This document shows positions 44,847 to 54,794 of a DNA stretch of 64,000 bases, piece after piece. The first letter of the stretch is position 1. Each line of letters opens with the position of its first letter. The notes beneath the pieces are model-generated. The model did no database searches, was not told where the DNA came from, and worked only from the letters and a program-made list of their open reading frames with translations. Origin of the DNA: Prevotella sp. CAG:279 (GTDB taxonomy: Bacteria; Actinomycetota; Coriobacteriia; Coriobacteriales; Atopobiaceae); NCBI GenBank assembly GCA_963653485.1, contig CAVJWS010000001.1, positions 8,040 to 72,039 on the forward strand. Reading direction: 5' to 3'. The position numbers and the translations under genes are program-made.

Positions 44847-46670
44847 CTAGCCAAGCTCCTTCAAGCCATGGTACAGCTGCCAATACTGTCCGTGCTCGGC
44901 AAGCAGCTCCTCGTGCGTGCCGCGCTCCACGATGCGCCCGTGCTCCAGCACCATGATGGCGTTGGCGTTTCTCACCGTTGAGAGTCGGTGCGCGATGACA
45001 AACACCGTGCGTCCGGCCATGAGGGCGTCCATGCCGCGCTCGATGAGGGCCTCGGTGCGGGTGTCCACCGAGCTCGTGGCCTCGTCCAAGATGAGCACGG
45101 GCGGGTCTGCCACGGCGGCGCGGGCAATGGCGATGAGCTGACGCTGGCCGGCCGAGAGGTTGGCGCCGTCGCTCGTCACCATCGTGTCGTAGCCGTGGGG
45201 CAAGCGCGAGATGAAGCCGTCTGCGTTGGCCGTCCTGGCGGCGGCGCGCACCTCCTCGTCGGTGGCGTCGAGCTTGCCGAATCGGATGTTGTCGGCGATG
45301 GTGCCGCTGAACAGGTGGGTGTCTTGCAAGACGATGCCCAGGCTGTGGCGCAGACTCGCCTTCTCGATGTCGCGGACGTCAATGCCGTCGTAGGTGATGG
45401 TGCCGCCGTTGACCTCGTAGAAGCGGTTGATGAGGTTGGTGATGGTGGTCTTGCCCGCGCCCGTGGAGCCCACGAAGGCGATCTTCTGGCCCGGCTTTGC
45501 GTAGAGGGTGAGGTTGGCGAGCACCTTCTTCTCGGCCTTGTAGCCAAAGGTCACGTCGCTGAAGCGGACGTCGCCCGCAAGCGGCGTGGTAGCGCCGTCT
45601 GCGGCCACCCACTCCCAACCCTCATGGTCGCCCTCTCCCCCGTGCTCGAGGCGCACCGCGCCCTCGTCAACCTCGGGGTCGAGGTCCATGGCGCAGAAGA
45701 TGCGCTCGGCACCCGCAAGCGCGCCGAGCAGGAAGTTGCCAAGCTGCGTCACCTGGTTGAACGGCATCGCCGCCTGGCGAACGAACACCAGGTAGCTCGC
45801 GAGGCTGCCCATGTCGGTAAGGCCGTTTGCGGCCAGGATGGATCCCAGCACGGCCACGATGGCGTAGTTGGTGTAGGTCATGGCCACGGTGATGGGCACC
45901 ATCGTGGCGGCATAGGTCTGGGCCGCCGTGCCGCTCGCGCGCAACTCCTCGTTGAGGGCACGGAACTCGGCGATGTTGGCGTCCTCGTGGTTGTAGGCCT
46001 GCACCACCTTCTGTCCCTCGCACATCTCCTGCGCGTAGCCGTCGAGCTCGCCCAGTCGGCGCTGCGCCTTGCCAAAGAAGGCCGAGCTGCGCCTGCCGGC
46101 CAGGCGCACGTACGCGATGAGCGCGACGTCACAGGCAACGGTGACGATGGTGAGGCGCCAGTCGAGCACAAAGAGCAGCACGGTGGTGCCAAAGGCCTGG
46201 ATGGAGGCCTGGATGACGTTGGCGAAGCTGTTGTTGAGCGCCTCGGAGACCGTGTCGACGTCGTTGGTGAAGTAGCTCATGACGTCGCCGGTGCGCGTGC
46301 TGTCAAAGAAGGAGACGGGCAGCCCCTGCAGGTGAGCGAAGAGGTCGGCGCGGATCTTTGAGACCACGCGCTGGGCGGCGCCCACCATGGCCTGGGTGTA
46401 GCCCAGGGCGCAGGACGCCCCCACAATGTAGATAACCGCCGCGGCGGTGACGCCTCTCGTGAAGCCGGAGACGTTGCCCGAGGCCAGGCAGTTGACCACG
46501 GGCTTGATCATGTAGGTGCCGGCCAGCTGGCAGAGGGCGCACACACTCGCGAGCACGCCCACGGCGAGCAGGGTCTTGCGCGCCCCGCCCATGTAGGCGA
46601 GCAGGCGGCCGGTGGTCCGCTTGAGGTTCTGCGGCTTCTTGAAGCCGCCCTTGGTGGTGAACGCTGCCAT
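44847..46670 (-). CDS. ABC exporter subunit (TMD+NBD, canonical Walker B)
   Basis: GSTGAGKTT, LSAGQRQ, ILDEATS, IAHRLST. Confidence 0.93.
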   Translation of the reverse strand: MAAFTTKGGFKKPQNLKRTTGRLLAYMGGARKTLLAVGVLASVCALCQLAGTYMIKPVVNCLASGNVSGFTRGVTAAAVIYIVGASCALGYTQAMVGAAQRVVSKIRADLFAHLQGLPVSFFDSTRTGDVMSYFTNDVDTVSEALNNSFANVIQASIQAFGTTVLLFVLDWRLTIVTVACDVALIAYVRLAGRRSSAFFGKAQRRLGELDGYAQEMCEGQKVVQAYNHEDANIAEFRALNEELRASGTAAQTYAATMVPITVAMTYTNYAIVAVLGSILAANGLTDMGSLASYLVFVRQAAMPFNQVTQLGNFLLGALAGAERIFCAMDLDPEVDEGAVRLEHGGEGDHEGWEWVAADGATTPLAGDVRFSDVTFGYKAEKKVLANLTLYAKPGQKIAFVGSTGAGKTTITNLINRFYEVNGGTITYDGIDVRDIEKASLRHSLGIVLQDTHLFSGTIADNIRFGKLDATDEEVRAAARTANADGFISRLPHGYDTMVTSDGANLSAGQRQLIAIARAAVADPPVLILDEATSSVDTRTEALIERGMDALMAGRTVFVIAHRLSTVRNANAIMVLEHGRIVERGTHEELLAEHGQYWQLYHGLKELG

Positions 46671-48400
46671 TACTCCTCCTCTCCGCTGGCGACCTGCGTG
46701 CGATAGAGCTCCTGGTAGATGGGGTCGCTTGCAAGCAGCTCGGCTGGTGTGCCGACGGCGTGCACCCGTCCCTCGTCCAAGATCACGACCGCGTCGGCGT
46801 CCTGCACCGAGGCGATGCGCTGGGCCACGATGAACTTGGTGACGTCGGTGAGGCTCGCAAGCCCCTCGCGGATGCGTGCGTCGGTCGCCATGTCCACCGC
46901 GCTCGTGGAGTCGTCGAAGATGATGACCTTGGGGTGGCCCACCAGGGCGCGCGCGATGCAGAGGCGCTGGCGTTGCCCGCCCGAGACGCCCGCACCGCCG
47001 TGGCCCAGGTCCGCGTCGAGCCCGCCGATGCGCTCGAGGAACTCGTCTGCGCAGGCGAGCCTGCAGGCCTCGAGCAGCTCGGCGTCCGTGGCGTTGGCGT
47101 TTCCCCACAGCAGGTTCTCGCGCACGGTCCCGGTGAACAAGACGCAGGTCTGGGGCACGAGCGTCACCGCGGCACGCAGGGCGTGCAGGTCGTACTCGCG
47201 CACGTCTCGCCCGCCCACGAGCACCTGGCCCTCGCTGGCGTCGTAGAGGCGCGGCAGCAGCGAGACGAGCGAGCTCTTGCCCGAGCCGGTGCCGCCCAGG
47301 ATGCCCACGGTGGAGCCCGCCGGGAACTTGAGGCAGATGTCCTCGAGCACGTTGGCCGCGGCGTCGGCGCTGTACTTGAAGCCCACGTGGCGCAGCTCCA
47401 CGGACGAGTCCGCCGCCACGTCGGCGGCCTTCGCCGGCGCCTCGATGGTTGGCCGCTCGTCCAAAACCTCGCTCACGCGCTCCACGCTCGCGAAGGCGCG
47501 CGTGAGCAGCAAGAATACGTTGCTGATCATCATGAGGGAGTTGGTGATCTGCAGCACGTAGCTCATGAAGCCCGTGAGCTCGCCCACCGTGAGCTCGCCG
47601 TTCAAGATCATGCGGCCGCCCAGCGCCATCACGAGGACGTCGATGGTGTACATCACGGTCTGGAAGAGCGGCAGGTTGAGCACCGCGCCTCGGAAGGTGC
47701 GCGTGGAGGTGGCGCTGAGCTCGTCGTTCACCCGGCCAAAGCGCTGCTCCACCCACTCGCCGCGCACGAAGGCCTTGACGGCGCGGATGGCGGTGGCGCT
47801 TTCCTGCACCACCTCGTTCAGGCGGTCCATCACGGTCTGCAGCAGGCGGTAGAGCGGCGCCACGTGGCGCACGATGAGCACGAGCGCCACGGCCAAAAGC
47901 GGCAGCATCACAAAGAAGATGCAGGCCAGCCGTGCGTTCAGCAGGCTCGCGAGCACCAGTCCCGCGCTGAACATCACGGGGCCGCGCATCATAGGCCTAA
48001 AGCCGTTCATCACGGCGTTCTGGATGACCGTGACGTCGGTGGTCATGCGAGTCACGAGCGACGAGGTGTCGAACTTGTCGATGTTTTGGTACGAGAAGCC
48101 CTGGATGGCCACGAACTCCGCGTCGCGCAGGTTGGCGCCGAGTCCCATGGCCGAGCGGGCCGAGAAGCGCGAGAAGGCCATGCCGAAGAGCATCGCCGTC
48201 ACGCCGCAGGCAAGCATCTCGGCGCCGGTGAGCCAGACGTGGGAGAGGTCGTGGCCCACGATGCCCTGGTCGATGAGGCCGGCCGTGAGGAAGGGGATCA
48301 GCAGCTCGAGCGTTCCCTCAAACAGCATGCAGACGGCGGCCAGCACGAAGTCGCGCTTGTAGGAGCCGAGGTAGCGCCACAGAAGGCGAACTTCACTCAT
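46670..48400 (-). CDS. ABC exporter subunit (TMD+NBD, degenerate Walker B/H-loop), heterodimer partner
   Basis: GGTGSGKS, VSGGQRQ, IFDDSTS (D for catalytic E), VAQR (Q for H). Confidence 0.93.
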   Translation of the reverse strand: MSEVRLLWRYLGSYKRDFVLAAVCMLFEGTLELLIPFLTAGLIDQGIVGHDLSHVWLTGAEMLACGVTAMLFGMAFSRFSARSAMGLGANLRDAEFVAIQGFSYQNIDKFDTSSLVTRMTTDVTVIQNAVMNGFRPMMRGPVMFSAGLVLASLLNARLACIFFVMLPLLAVALVLIVRHVAPLYRLLQTVMDRLNEVVQESATAIRAVKAFVRGEWVEQRFGRVNDELSATSTRTFRGAVLNLPLFQTVMYTIDVLVMALGGRMILNGELTVGELTGFMSYVLQITNSLMMISNVFLLLTRAFASVERVSEVLDERPTIEAPAKAADVAADSSVELRHVGFKYSADAAANVLEDICLKFPAGSTVGILGGTGSGKSSLVSLLPRLYDASEGQVLVGGRDVREYDLHALRAAVTLVPQTCVLFTGTVRENLLWGNANATDAELLEACRLACADEFLERIGGLDADLGHGGAGVSGGQRQRLCIARALVGHPKVIIFDDSTSAVDMATDARIREGLASLTDVTKFIVAQRIASVQDADAVVILDEGRVHAVGTPAELLASDPIYQELYRTQVASGEEE

Positions 48401-49073
48401 GGGCGGCCTCCTTCTCGGAGGGATTGCCGGGCTTGGGATTGGCGAGCCTTTCGGGCTCCCCCGCCTTCGTAACCGCGCCAGGCTCAGCGGGCATCTGGGG
48501 CACGGCGGCATCCGGCTTGGGCTCGGCGGGCTTCTCGAGCTGCGCCGCCTTCGCGCACGCGTCAGCCCCGGCGGCCGTTTCGGGCTGCGACGCCTTGCCG
48601 GCCTGGCCCTTCTCCTCGGCGCACTTGGCCACGAGGTTCACCCGCGCGCGCTCGAGGTAGTCCATGAACTGCTCACGCTCGGTCGCGCTGAAGCCTGCGA
48701 GCATGGCCTCGTCCACCTCGTGGCAACGCTCGTCCCAAGGGCGCACGCAGGCCTGGCCCGCCTCGGTGAGCTCGGTCTTCTTGGTGCGGCGGTCGGCCGG
48801 GTTGGCGCTCGTGGTGACGAAGCCGTTCTTCTCGAGAGCGTCGAGGATGCGGCAGACCTGGGCCGGGTCCATGGAGAGATAGTCGGCGATCTCTCGCTGG
48901 GTGGCGCTGCCCATCACGGCAAGGTAGGAAATGACGCGCGGCTGGCCCGTGGTGAGCCCGAGCGTTGAGCGGAAGGGCTTGAGCAGCGCCTTTTGCGCCT
49001 GTAGCGCGCGCACGAGCGCCATGTGGGCGTCTACGAGCGAATAGCCCTCGCCCACCTTTGGCATCTTGGACAT
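48393..49073 (-). CDS. MarR family transcriptional regulator with low-complexity C-terminal tail
   Basis: TQREIA...VCRILDALEKNGFV...DRRTKKTELTEAG. Confidence 0.9.
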   Translation of the reverse strand: MSKMPKVGEGYSLVDAHMALVRALQAQKALLKPFRSTLGLTTGQPRVISYLAVMGSATQREIADYLSMDPAQVCRILDALEKNGFVTTSANPADRRTKKTELTEAGQACVRPWDERCHEVDEAMLAGFSATEREQFMDYLERARVNLVAKCAEEKGQAGKASQPETAAGADACAKAAQLEKPAEPKPDAAVPQMPAEPGAVTKAGEPERLANPKPGNPSEKEAAHE

Positions 49074-49082
49074 GCAAACTCC

Positions 49083-49157
49083 TTGACTTGTCAATCATTG
49101 ACCTTGCAAGAGAATAGGCACTTTTATTGAGATGTCAACGAAAATCTGACTTGTCTC
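49083..49157. promoter_or_regulatory. Repeated TTGAC-N2-GTCAA palindromes, candidate MarR operators
   Basis: TTGACTTGTCAA (49083), TTGACCTTGCAA (49098), TTGAGATGTCAA (49127), CTGACTTGTCTC (49146) in the divergent promoter. Confidence 0.6.
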
Positions 49158-49211
49158 AGATAAGGCACCGGAGCATCCTTAACGCATCCGAGACGCGAGA
49201 AGGGGCGAGCC

Positions 49212-49721
49212 ATGACCGAGCACAGGCCGATGAGGCGCAATAAACGCGAGCTAACGAGTGCAGAGGACCTGTTGGGCGTAGTGGAGAAGGCAGCCGTCGT
49301 CCACATCGGATTTGCTGACGAGGAGGGCGTGGCAATCTTTCCGCTCAACTACGGCTTCGACTGGGACGCGAGCGGCGAGAAGCCTGCGCTCACGCTGTGG
49401 CTACACGGGGCCAACGAAGGCCGCAAGGCTGATGCCTGGCGCAATAAAGCGCAGGTAGCCATAGAGATTGACGTTGAGGTTGGCGTCACCACCGGCACCT
49501 ATTCCTGCGCCTACTCCTATGCCTACGAGAGCCTCATGGGAGACGGCATCATTGCCCCCGTGACAGACGCAGACGAGAAGCTCCACGGGCTCAGCCGCAT
49601 CATGGAGCACATGGCCCCCGGCGCACCCGTCCGCTTCTCCGAGGAAGGCATCGAGCGCGTAGCCGTATGGCGCGTCGACGTCATCCGCCTCACCGGCAAG
49701 CGCCGCGAGGCCCAAGCCTAG
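49212..49721 (+). CDS. Pyridoxamine 5'-phosphate oxidase-like FMN-binding protein (NimA-like)
   Basis: MRRNKRE, PLNYG, LHGANEGRK, YESLMGDG, LTGK. Confidence 0.85.
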   Translation: MTEHRPMRRNKRELTSAEDLLGVVEKAAVVHIGFADEEGVAIFPLNYGFDWDASGEKPALTLWLHGANEGRKADAWRNKAQVAIEIDVEVGVTTGTYSCAYSYAYESLMGDGIIAPVTDADEKLHGLSRIMEHMAPGAPVRFSEEGIERVAVWRVDVIRLTGKRREAQA

Positions 49722-49901
49722 CGAGGGCATGGCCAAGCGCAAACGAAGGCGTCAAAGAGCAGGGCGCCCGCCCGCGGCACAAGACACGGCCGCGGCGGGT
49801 GCCTTCTTCGTGCGCACGTAAGCGAGAGCGAGGCTCAAGCAGCAGCCAGCACGCGAATAGTTCGCAGCGAGCGCACGCAAACCGGGCTAGCCAAACCTAA
49901 T

Positions 49902-49963
49902 GCCGCTCCAACCCACGCCAAATACCTCCAGCCAGACCCTACGCCGCTCCAACCCACGCCAAA
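49902..49963. repeat. 21-bp direct repeat x2, 41-bp period
   Basis: GCCGCTCCAACCCACGCCAAA at 49902 and 49943. Confidence 0.8.
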
Positions 49964-50195
49964 CAGCGCCACGAAATACGCCAGCGGCCGAACGGTAGCA
50001 AATGACCTGTAAACGGTAGTCAACCTCTGTAGCTGAAAACGCAATACCGGATACCGAACTAGGTTGTCCACTTATCGATAGTCATTTGCGAAGATTAGAT
50101 GTATACGGATTCGTGGACATTTCTCCTTGCCTTACGGGAGTACCTTCTCCCCCGTCGGCGCAATGGGACGCCGACGGGGACAAAGGGAGGAACGC

Positions 50196-52982
50196 ATGGA
50201 CAAGAGGGTCTACCGCTTTGGCGCGGATGAGGCCGGGCACGACGTCACCGAGGGGACGAGCCACGACAACAACGTCCTCGGCGGCAAGGGCGCCAACCTC
50301 GCCGAGATGGCGCGCCTGGGGTTGCCGGTGCCGCCTGGCTTCACCATCACCTGCCAGACCTGCATGGACTACGCCCGCAGCGGAAACAAGTGGCCCGCGG
50401 GGCTGCTCGACGAGGTGGACGCCGCCCGCGAGGACCTCGAGCGCCGCTGCGGCAAGCGCCTGGGAGACGCCGAGGACCCGCTGCTGGTGTCCGTGCGCTC
50501 CGGCGCCCCCATCTCCATGCCCGGCATGATGGACACCGTGCTCGACCTCGGCCTTAACGACCAGAGCGTGCTGGGGCTGGCCGCCCAGACCAACAACGCC
50601 CGCTTTGCCTGGGACAGCTACCGCCGCTTCGTCCAGATGTTCTCCAACGTGGTCATGGGCATCGACTCCGACCTGTTCGAGGACGCCCTCAAGGCCATGC
50701 GCGCCGAGGCCGGCGCCGCCACCGACGCCGAGCTTGAGGCCGAGCAGCTCCAGGAGCTCGTGGCCCAGTTCAAGCAGATCTTTGCCGAGAACGTGAGCGA
50801 CGAGGAGTACCCCGTGCTTGCTGGCGAAGACGGCGCCGCCGAGTTCCCGCAAGACCCCACGGTGCAGCTGCGCCTTGCCATCGCCGCCGTCTTTGGCTCC
50901 TGGGACTGTGACCGCGCCCGCCTCTACCGCCGTCAGAACCACATCGCCGACGACCTCGGCACCGCGGTGAACGTGCAGGCCATGGCCTTTGGCAACAAGG
51001 GCGAGACCTCGGCCTCCGGCGTTGCCTTCACGCGCAACCCCGCAAACGGCGAGCGCGAGTTCTACGGCGACTACCTCGTTAACGCCCAGGGCGAGGACGT
51101 GGTGGCCGGCATCCGCAACACCGAGCCCATCGCGAGCCTCAAGCACACGCCGGGCCTCGAGCAGGCCGGCGAGCAGCTCGAGCAGATCTTCGGCATCCTC
51201 GAGAACCACTACCGCGACATGATGGACATCGAGTTCACCATCGAGCAGGGCAAGCTCTACATGCTCCAGACCCGCGTGGGCAAGCGCACCGCCGCCGCGG
51301 CCCTCAAGGTGGCCGTGGACATGGAGCGCGAGGGCCTCATCACCCGCGACGAGGCGCTGCTGCGGATCAACCCCTCCCAGCTCGACCAGCTCATGCACCC
51401 GCAGGTGGCCAAGGGCGCCGAGAAGAACGTCATCGCTCGTGGCCTCAACGCGAGCCCCGGCGCCGCCGTGGGCGAGGTGGTCTTCAGCGCCGCCGACGCC
51501 GTGCGCGTTGCCGCCGAGGGCCGCGCCTGCGTGCTCGTGCGCTGGGAGACCACGCCCGACGACCTTGCCGGCATGACCGCGGCCAAGGGCATCCTCACGA
51601 GCCACGGCGGCAAGACGAGCCACGCGGCCGTCATCGCCCGCGGCATGGGCAAGCCCTGCGTCTGCGGCGTCGACGCCCTGCGCATCGACGCGGCGGCCCG
51701 CGAGGTGAGCGTGGCCGGCAGCGGCCTGGCACTGCACGAGGGCGACCTCATCTCCATCGACGGCGGCACCGGCGAGGTCATGCTGGGCGCCGTGGCCCTG
51801 GAGCGTCCCGGCACCACCGGCGACCTCGAGACCATCCTCACCTGGGCAGACGAGGTGCGACGCCTGGGCGTGCGCGTCAACGCCGACAACCCTGCAGACG
51901 CCAAGCTCGCCCTCGAGCTGGGCGCCGAGGGCATCGGCCTCACCCGCACCGAGCACATGTTCCTGGGCGAGCGCAAGGACATCATCCAGCGCTTCATCCT
52001 GGCCGAGGACGACGAGCAGCGTGCAGGCGCCGCCGACGAGCTCAGCCGCGCGCAGGAGGACGACTTCTACCAGATCCTCTCCGTCATGGACGGCCGCTCG
52101 GTGACCATCCGCCTTCTCGACCCGCCGTTGCACGAGTTCCTCGACAACCCGCGCGAGATCGCCGTGGACATCGCCAAGAAGCAGGCCCTGGGCGCCACCG
52201 ACGAGGAGCTTGCGAGCGAGCGCGCCCTTCTCGAGCGCATCGACGCCCTAAGCGAGGCCAACCCCATGCTCGGCCTGCGCGGCTGCCGCCTCGGCTTTGC
52301 CTACCCGCAGCTGCCGCAGCTCCAGACCCGCGCCATCGCCCGCGCCGCGGTGAGGCTCAAGCGCGAGGGCAAGAACCCGCGCCCGCACATCATGGTGCCT
52401 CTCGTGACCCTCAACGCCGAGATGCGCGAGATGCGCGAGCTGGTTGAGCGTGCCATCATCGAGGTCGAGGTGGAGACCGGCGTGCGCCTGGGCGAGATTC
52501 CCGTGGGCACCATGATCGAGCTGCCGCGCGCCGCCGTCATGGCCGACCGCATCGCCCGCCACGCAGAGTTCTTCTCCTTCGGCACGAACGACCTCACGCA
52601 GACCGCCCTGGGCTTCTCCCGCGACGACGTGGAGGGCAAGGTGCTGCCCACCTACCTCGAGCGCGGCATCCTCGAGCGCAACCCCTTCGAGACGGTTGAC
52701 GAGGGCGTGGCCAAGCTCGTGGGGATGGCCTGCACGCTGGGCCGCGCGGCACGTCCTGGCATCTCGCTGGGCGTCTGCGGCGAAACCGGCGGCGACCCCG
52801 AGTCCATCCGCACCTTCTACGACCTGGGCCTGGACTACGTGAGCTGCTCGCCCTACCGCGTGCCGGTGGCGCGCCTCGCCGCCGCGCAGGCCACGCTCGC
52901 GAGCAAGGTGAGGCCCTACGTGGCCATCACCCCGCACTACCCCGCCTCCCCCGAGCGCCAGCCCTGGGCCGAGCAGGTGTAG
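50196..52982 (+). CDS. ppdK: Pyruvate, phosphate dikinase
   Basis: LGGKGANLAEM, SVRSGA.SMPGMMDT, GEDVVAG, GGKTSHAAV, GTMIELPRA, SFGTNDLTQ; GGGAGG RBS. Confidence 0.97.
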   Translation: MDKRVYRFGADEAGHDVTEGTSHDNNVLGGKGANLAEMARLGLPVPPGFTITCQTCMDYARSGNKWPAGLLDEVDAAREDLERRCGKRLGDAEDPLLVSVRSGAPISMPGMMDTVLDLGLNDQSVLGLAAQTNNARFAWDSYRRFVQMFSNVVMGIDSDLFEDALKAMRAEAGAATDAELEAEQLQELVAQFKQIFAENVSDEEYPVLAGEDGAAEFPQDPTVQLRLAIAAVFGSWDCDRARLYRRQNHIADDLGTAVNVQAMAFGNKGETSASGVAFTRNPANGEREFYGDYLVNAQGEDVVAGIRNTEPIASLKHTPGLEQAGEQLEQIFGILENHYRDMMDIEFTIEQGKLYMLQTRVGKRTAAAALKVAVDMEREGLITRDEALLRINPSQLDQLMHPQVAKGAEKNVIARGLNASPGAAVGEVVFSAADAVRVAAEGRACVLVRWETTPDDLAGMTAAKGILTSHGGKTSHAAVIARGMGKPCVCGVDALRIDAAAREVSVAGSGLALHEGDLISIDGGTGEVMLGAVALERPGTTGDLETILTWADEVRRLGVRVNADNPADAKLALELGAEGIGLTRTEHMFLGERKDIIQRFILAEDDEQRAGAADELSRAQEDDFYQILSVMDGRSVTIRLLDPPLHEFLDNPREIAVDIAKKQALGATDEELASERALLERIDALSEANPMLGLRGCRLGFAYPQLPQLQTRAIARAAVRLKREGKNPRPHIMVPLVTLNAEMREMRELVERAIIEVEVETGVRLGEIPVGTMIELPRAAVMADRIARHAEFFSFGTNDLTQTALGFSRDDVEGKVLPTYLERGILERNPFETVDEGVAKLVGMACTLGRAARPGISLGVCGETGGDPESIRTFYDLGLDYVSCSPYRVPVARLAAAQATLASKVRPYVAITPHYPASPERQPWAEQV

Positions 52983-53115
52983 CAAGCAGAGCCCGCGCCC
53001 GCCAAGGAAGGGTGGCGTGCGCAGGCGCCCTTTGCAAAGCCCGGACGCAAGGCCAGGACCGGGCGAAAGCGGGGCGTCCCGTGGAAGGGAAACGGGGGGC
53101 GCAAGGCACGAATGA

Positions 53116-53153
53116 AAGGGCGGGCGGCCAGAAGAAACTGGTCGCCCGCCCTT
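53116..53153. terminator. Bidirectional terminator between ppdK and the MFS gene
   Basis: AAGGGCGGGCGGCCAG-N6-CTGGTCGCCCGCCCTT with T-rich and A-rich flanks. Confidence 0.7.
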
Positions 53154-53354
53154 GCTTTGATAGATAGAAGTTGCGGTGCTTGCAAGATTGGAATTGCGGC
53201 GCTCATAAGCGGCGGCTCTGGAAGTGCGCCGAATTCACTACGAACTGCGTAGCGAATTGTCTTGGCAGCAACTTGGGCCCGGCCGACTCATGACGCGCTG
53301 CGTCACGAATCTTCTCAGACCAGCGCACGTGAATCCGCCGCGCGCAATACAGGC

Positions 53355-54794
53355 TTACGCCCCGGCGCCCGCCTTTTCCACCTTGCCGTGACGCCAGCAC
53401 ATGAGGGCGGCGCAGACGAGGCTGCCCACCACCACGTAGCTCACGAGCACGTAGGACTCGCGGGTGCCCAGCATGGTGGAGAGCGCCATCTCGGCGCCGC
53501 TCGCCTGCCAGCCGTTCACCACAGCCGTGACCACGGCGGTGCCGATAGCGCCCGAGAGCTGCTGCAAGGTGTTGATGACCGCGTTGCCGTCGGACTTCAC
53601 CTCGGCCGCGAGCAGGCCCAACGCGCAGGTCATGGCGTTGCCCACCATGAGGCTCTGGCCAAAGGCAAAGAGCACGTAGACGCCCATGGCAAGCCCCGTG
53701 CCGATGCGCAGGGCGGCCAGCCAGGCAAAGGCAACGCAAGCAATCAGCGCACAGACCACGCCGCAGAGGATGGGGCGCGCGGGGCCCAGCTTGTCGAGGA
53801 TGCGGCCGGAAAGCGGCGCCATGACGGCGCCGACGGCGCAGCCCAGAAGCAGGATGGAGCCTGCCTCGGTCTCCCCCGCACCCATCACGAGCTGGGAGTA
53901 GTTGGGCAAAAGGAACGAAAGCCCCAGCACGCTGAACTGCAGCAGCATGATGGAGAGCAGGCCCGCCACAAAGCCCGGCTCCTTGAAGACGGAGAGGTGG
54001 ATGAGCGGCTCGCCCGCACGCAGCTCGCGCACCACGAAGAGCACGAGCGCCACGACGAACAGGGCAAAGAGGCCGAGCACCACCGGGCTCGTCCAGCCCA
54101 GCACGCCGCCCTCGGAGACGGCAAAGACCAGGCCCGCGAAGCTCACGCCCAGAAGCGCCCAGCCCAGAAGGTCGAGCGGCTCACGGCTCACCTCGTGGCT
54201 CTGGCGGATGGAAATGACGCCGAGCACAAAGGCCACGATGAGAATGGGCAGCAGCGCGGCGAAGATGGCGCGCCAACCAAAGTTCTCGGCCAGCCAACCG
54301 CCGAGCGAGGGGCCAACCGCGGGGGCCATGGCGCTCACGAGCATGCCCGTGCCCATCATGGTGCCCATGCAGTTCTCGGGCGCCTGCTCGGTGATGATGT
54401 TGAACATGAGCGGCAGCGCGATGCCGGTGCCGATGCCCTCGAGGATGCGGCCGCACAAAAGCATGGGGAAGCTCGCCGCGCACATGCCGCAGACGATGCC
54501 GGCCACGTAGAAGGCCATGGCGCAGATGAAGACGCGCTTGGTGGGAAAGCGGCGGTTGAGGTAGGAAGACGTGGGCACGATGAGCGCGAGCACCAGCAAA
54601 TACGACGTGGTCATCCACTGCACGGTGGCCGTGTCCACGCCAAACTCGCTCATCAGGGCCGGAAACGTCACGTTCATGGCGGTCTCGACCACCACGCCCG
54701 AGAACGACATGATGCCGGCGGCCACCACGCTCATGACGAGGCGCGCGTCGAGCGCGCGCTCAAAGGGTGCGGCCTTCTCGATATTACGTTGCAT
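53355..54794 (-). CDS. DHA2-type (14-TMS) MFS efflux transporter
   Basis: ETAMNVTFP, QWMTTSYLL, GRILEGIG, APAVGPSLGG, QQLSGAIGTA. Confidence 0.9.
   Translation of the reverse strand: MQRNIEKAAPFERALDARLVMSVVAAGIMSFSGVVVETAMNVTFPALMSEFGVDTATVQWMTTSYLLVLALIVPTSSYLNRRFPTKRVFICAMAFYVAGIVCGMCAASFPMLLCGRILEGIGTGIALPLMFNIITEQAPENCMGTMMGTGMLVSAMAPAVGPSLGGWLAENFGWRAIFAALLPILIVAFVLGVISIRQSHEVSREPLDLLGWALLGVSFAGLVFAVSEGGVLGWTSPVVLGLFALFVVALVLFVVRELRAGEPLIHLSVFKEPGFVAGLLSIMLLQFSVLGLSFLLPNYSQLVMGAGETEAGSILLLGCAVGAVMAPLSGRILDKLGPARPILCGVVCALIACVAFAWLAALRIGTGLAMGVYVLFAFGQSLMVGNAMTCALGLLAAEVKSDGNAVINTLQQLSGAIGTAVVTAVVNGWQASGAEMALSTMLGTRESYVLVSYVVVGSLVCAALMCWRHGKVEKAGAGA

Noticed and set aside
44847..47756. 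969-aa ABC protein as listed in the ORF track
   Set aside because: The N-terminal 362 codons are an off-frame overlap of the upstream ABC gene; the real start is ATG 46670 after a GAGGAGGAG RBS.
49902..49963. Mini-CRISPR
   Set aside because: Only two 21-bp copies, similarity extends into the intervening sequence, the repeat is non-palindromic and there are no cas genes.
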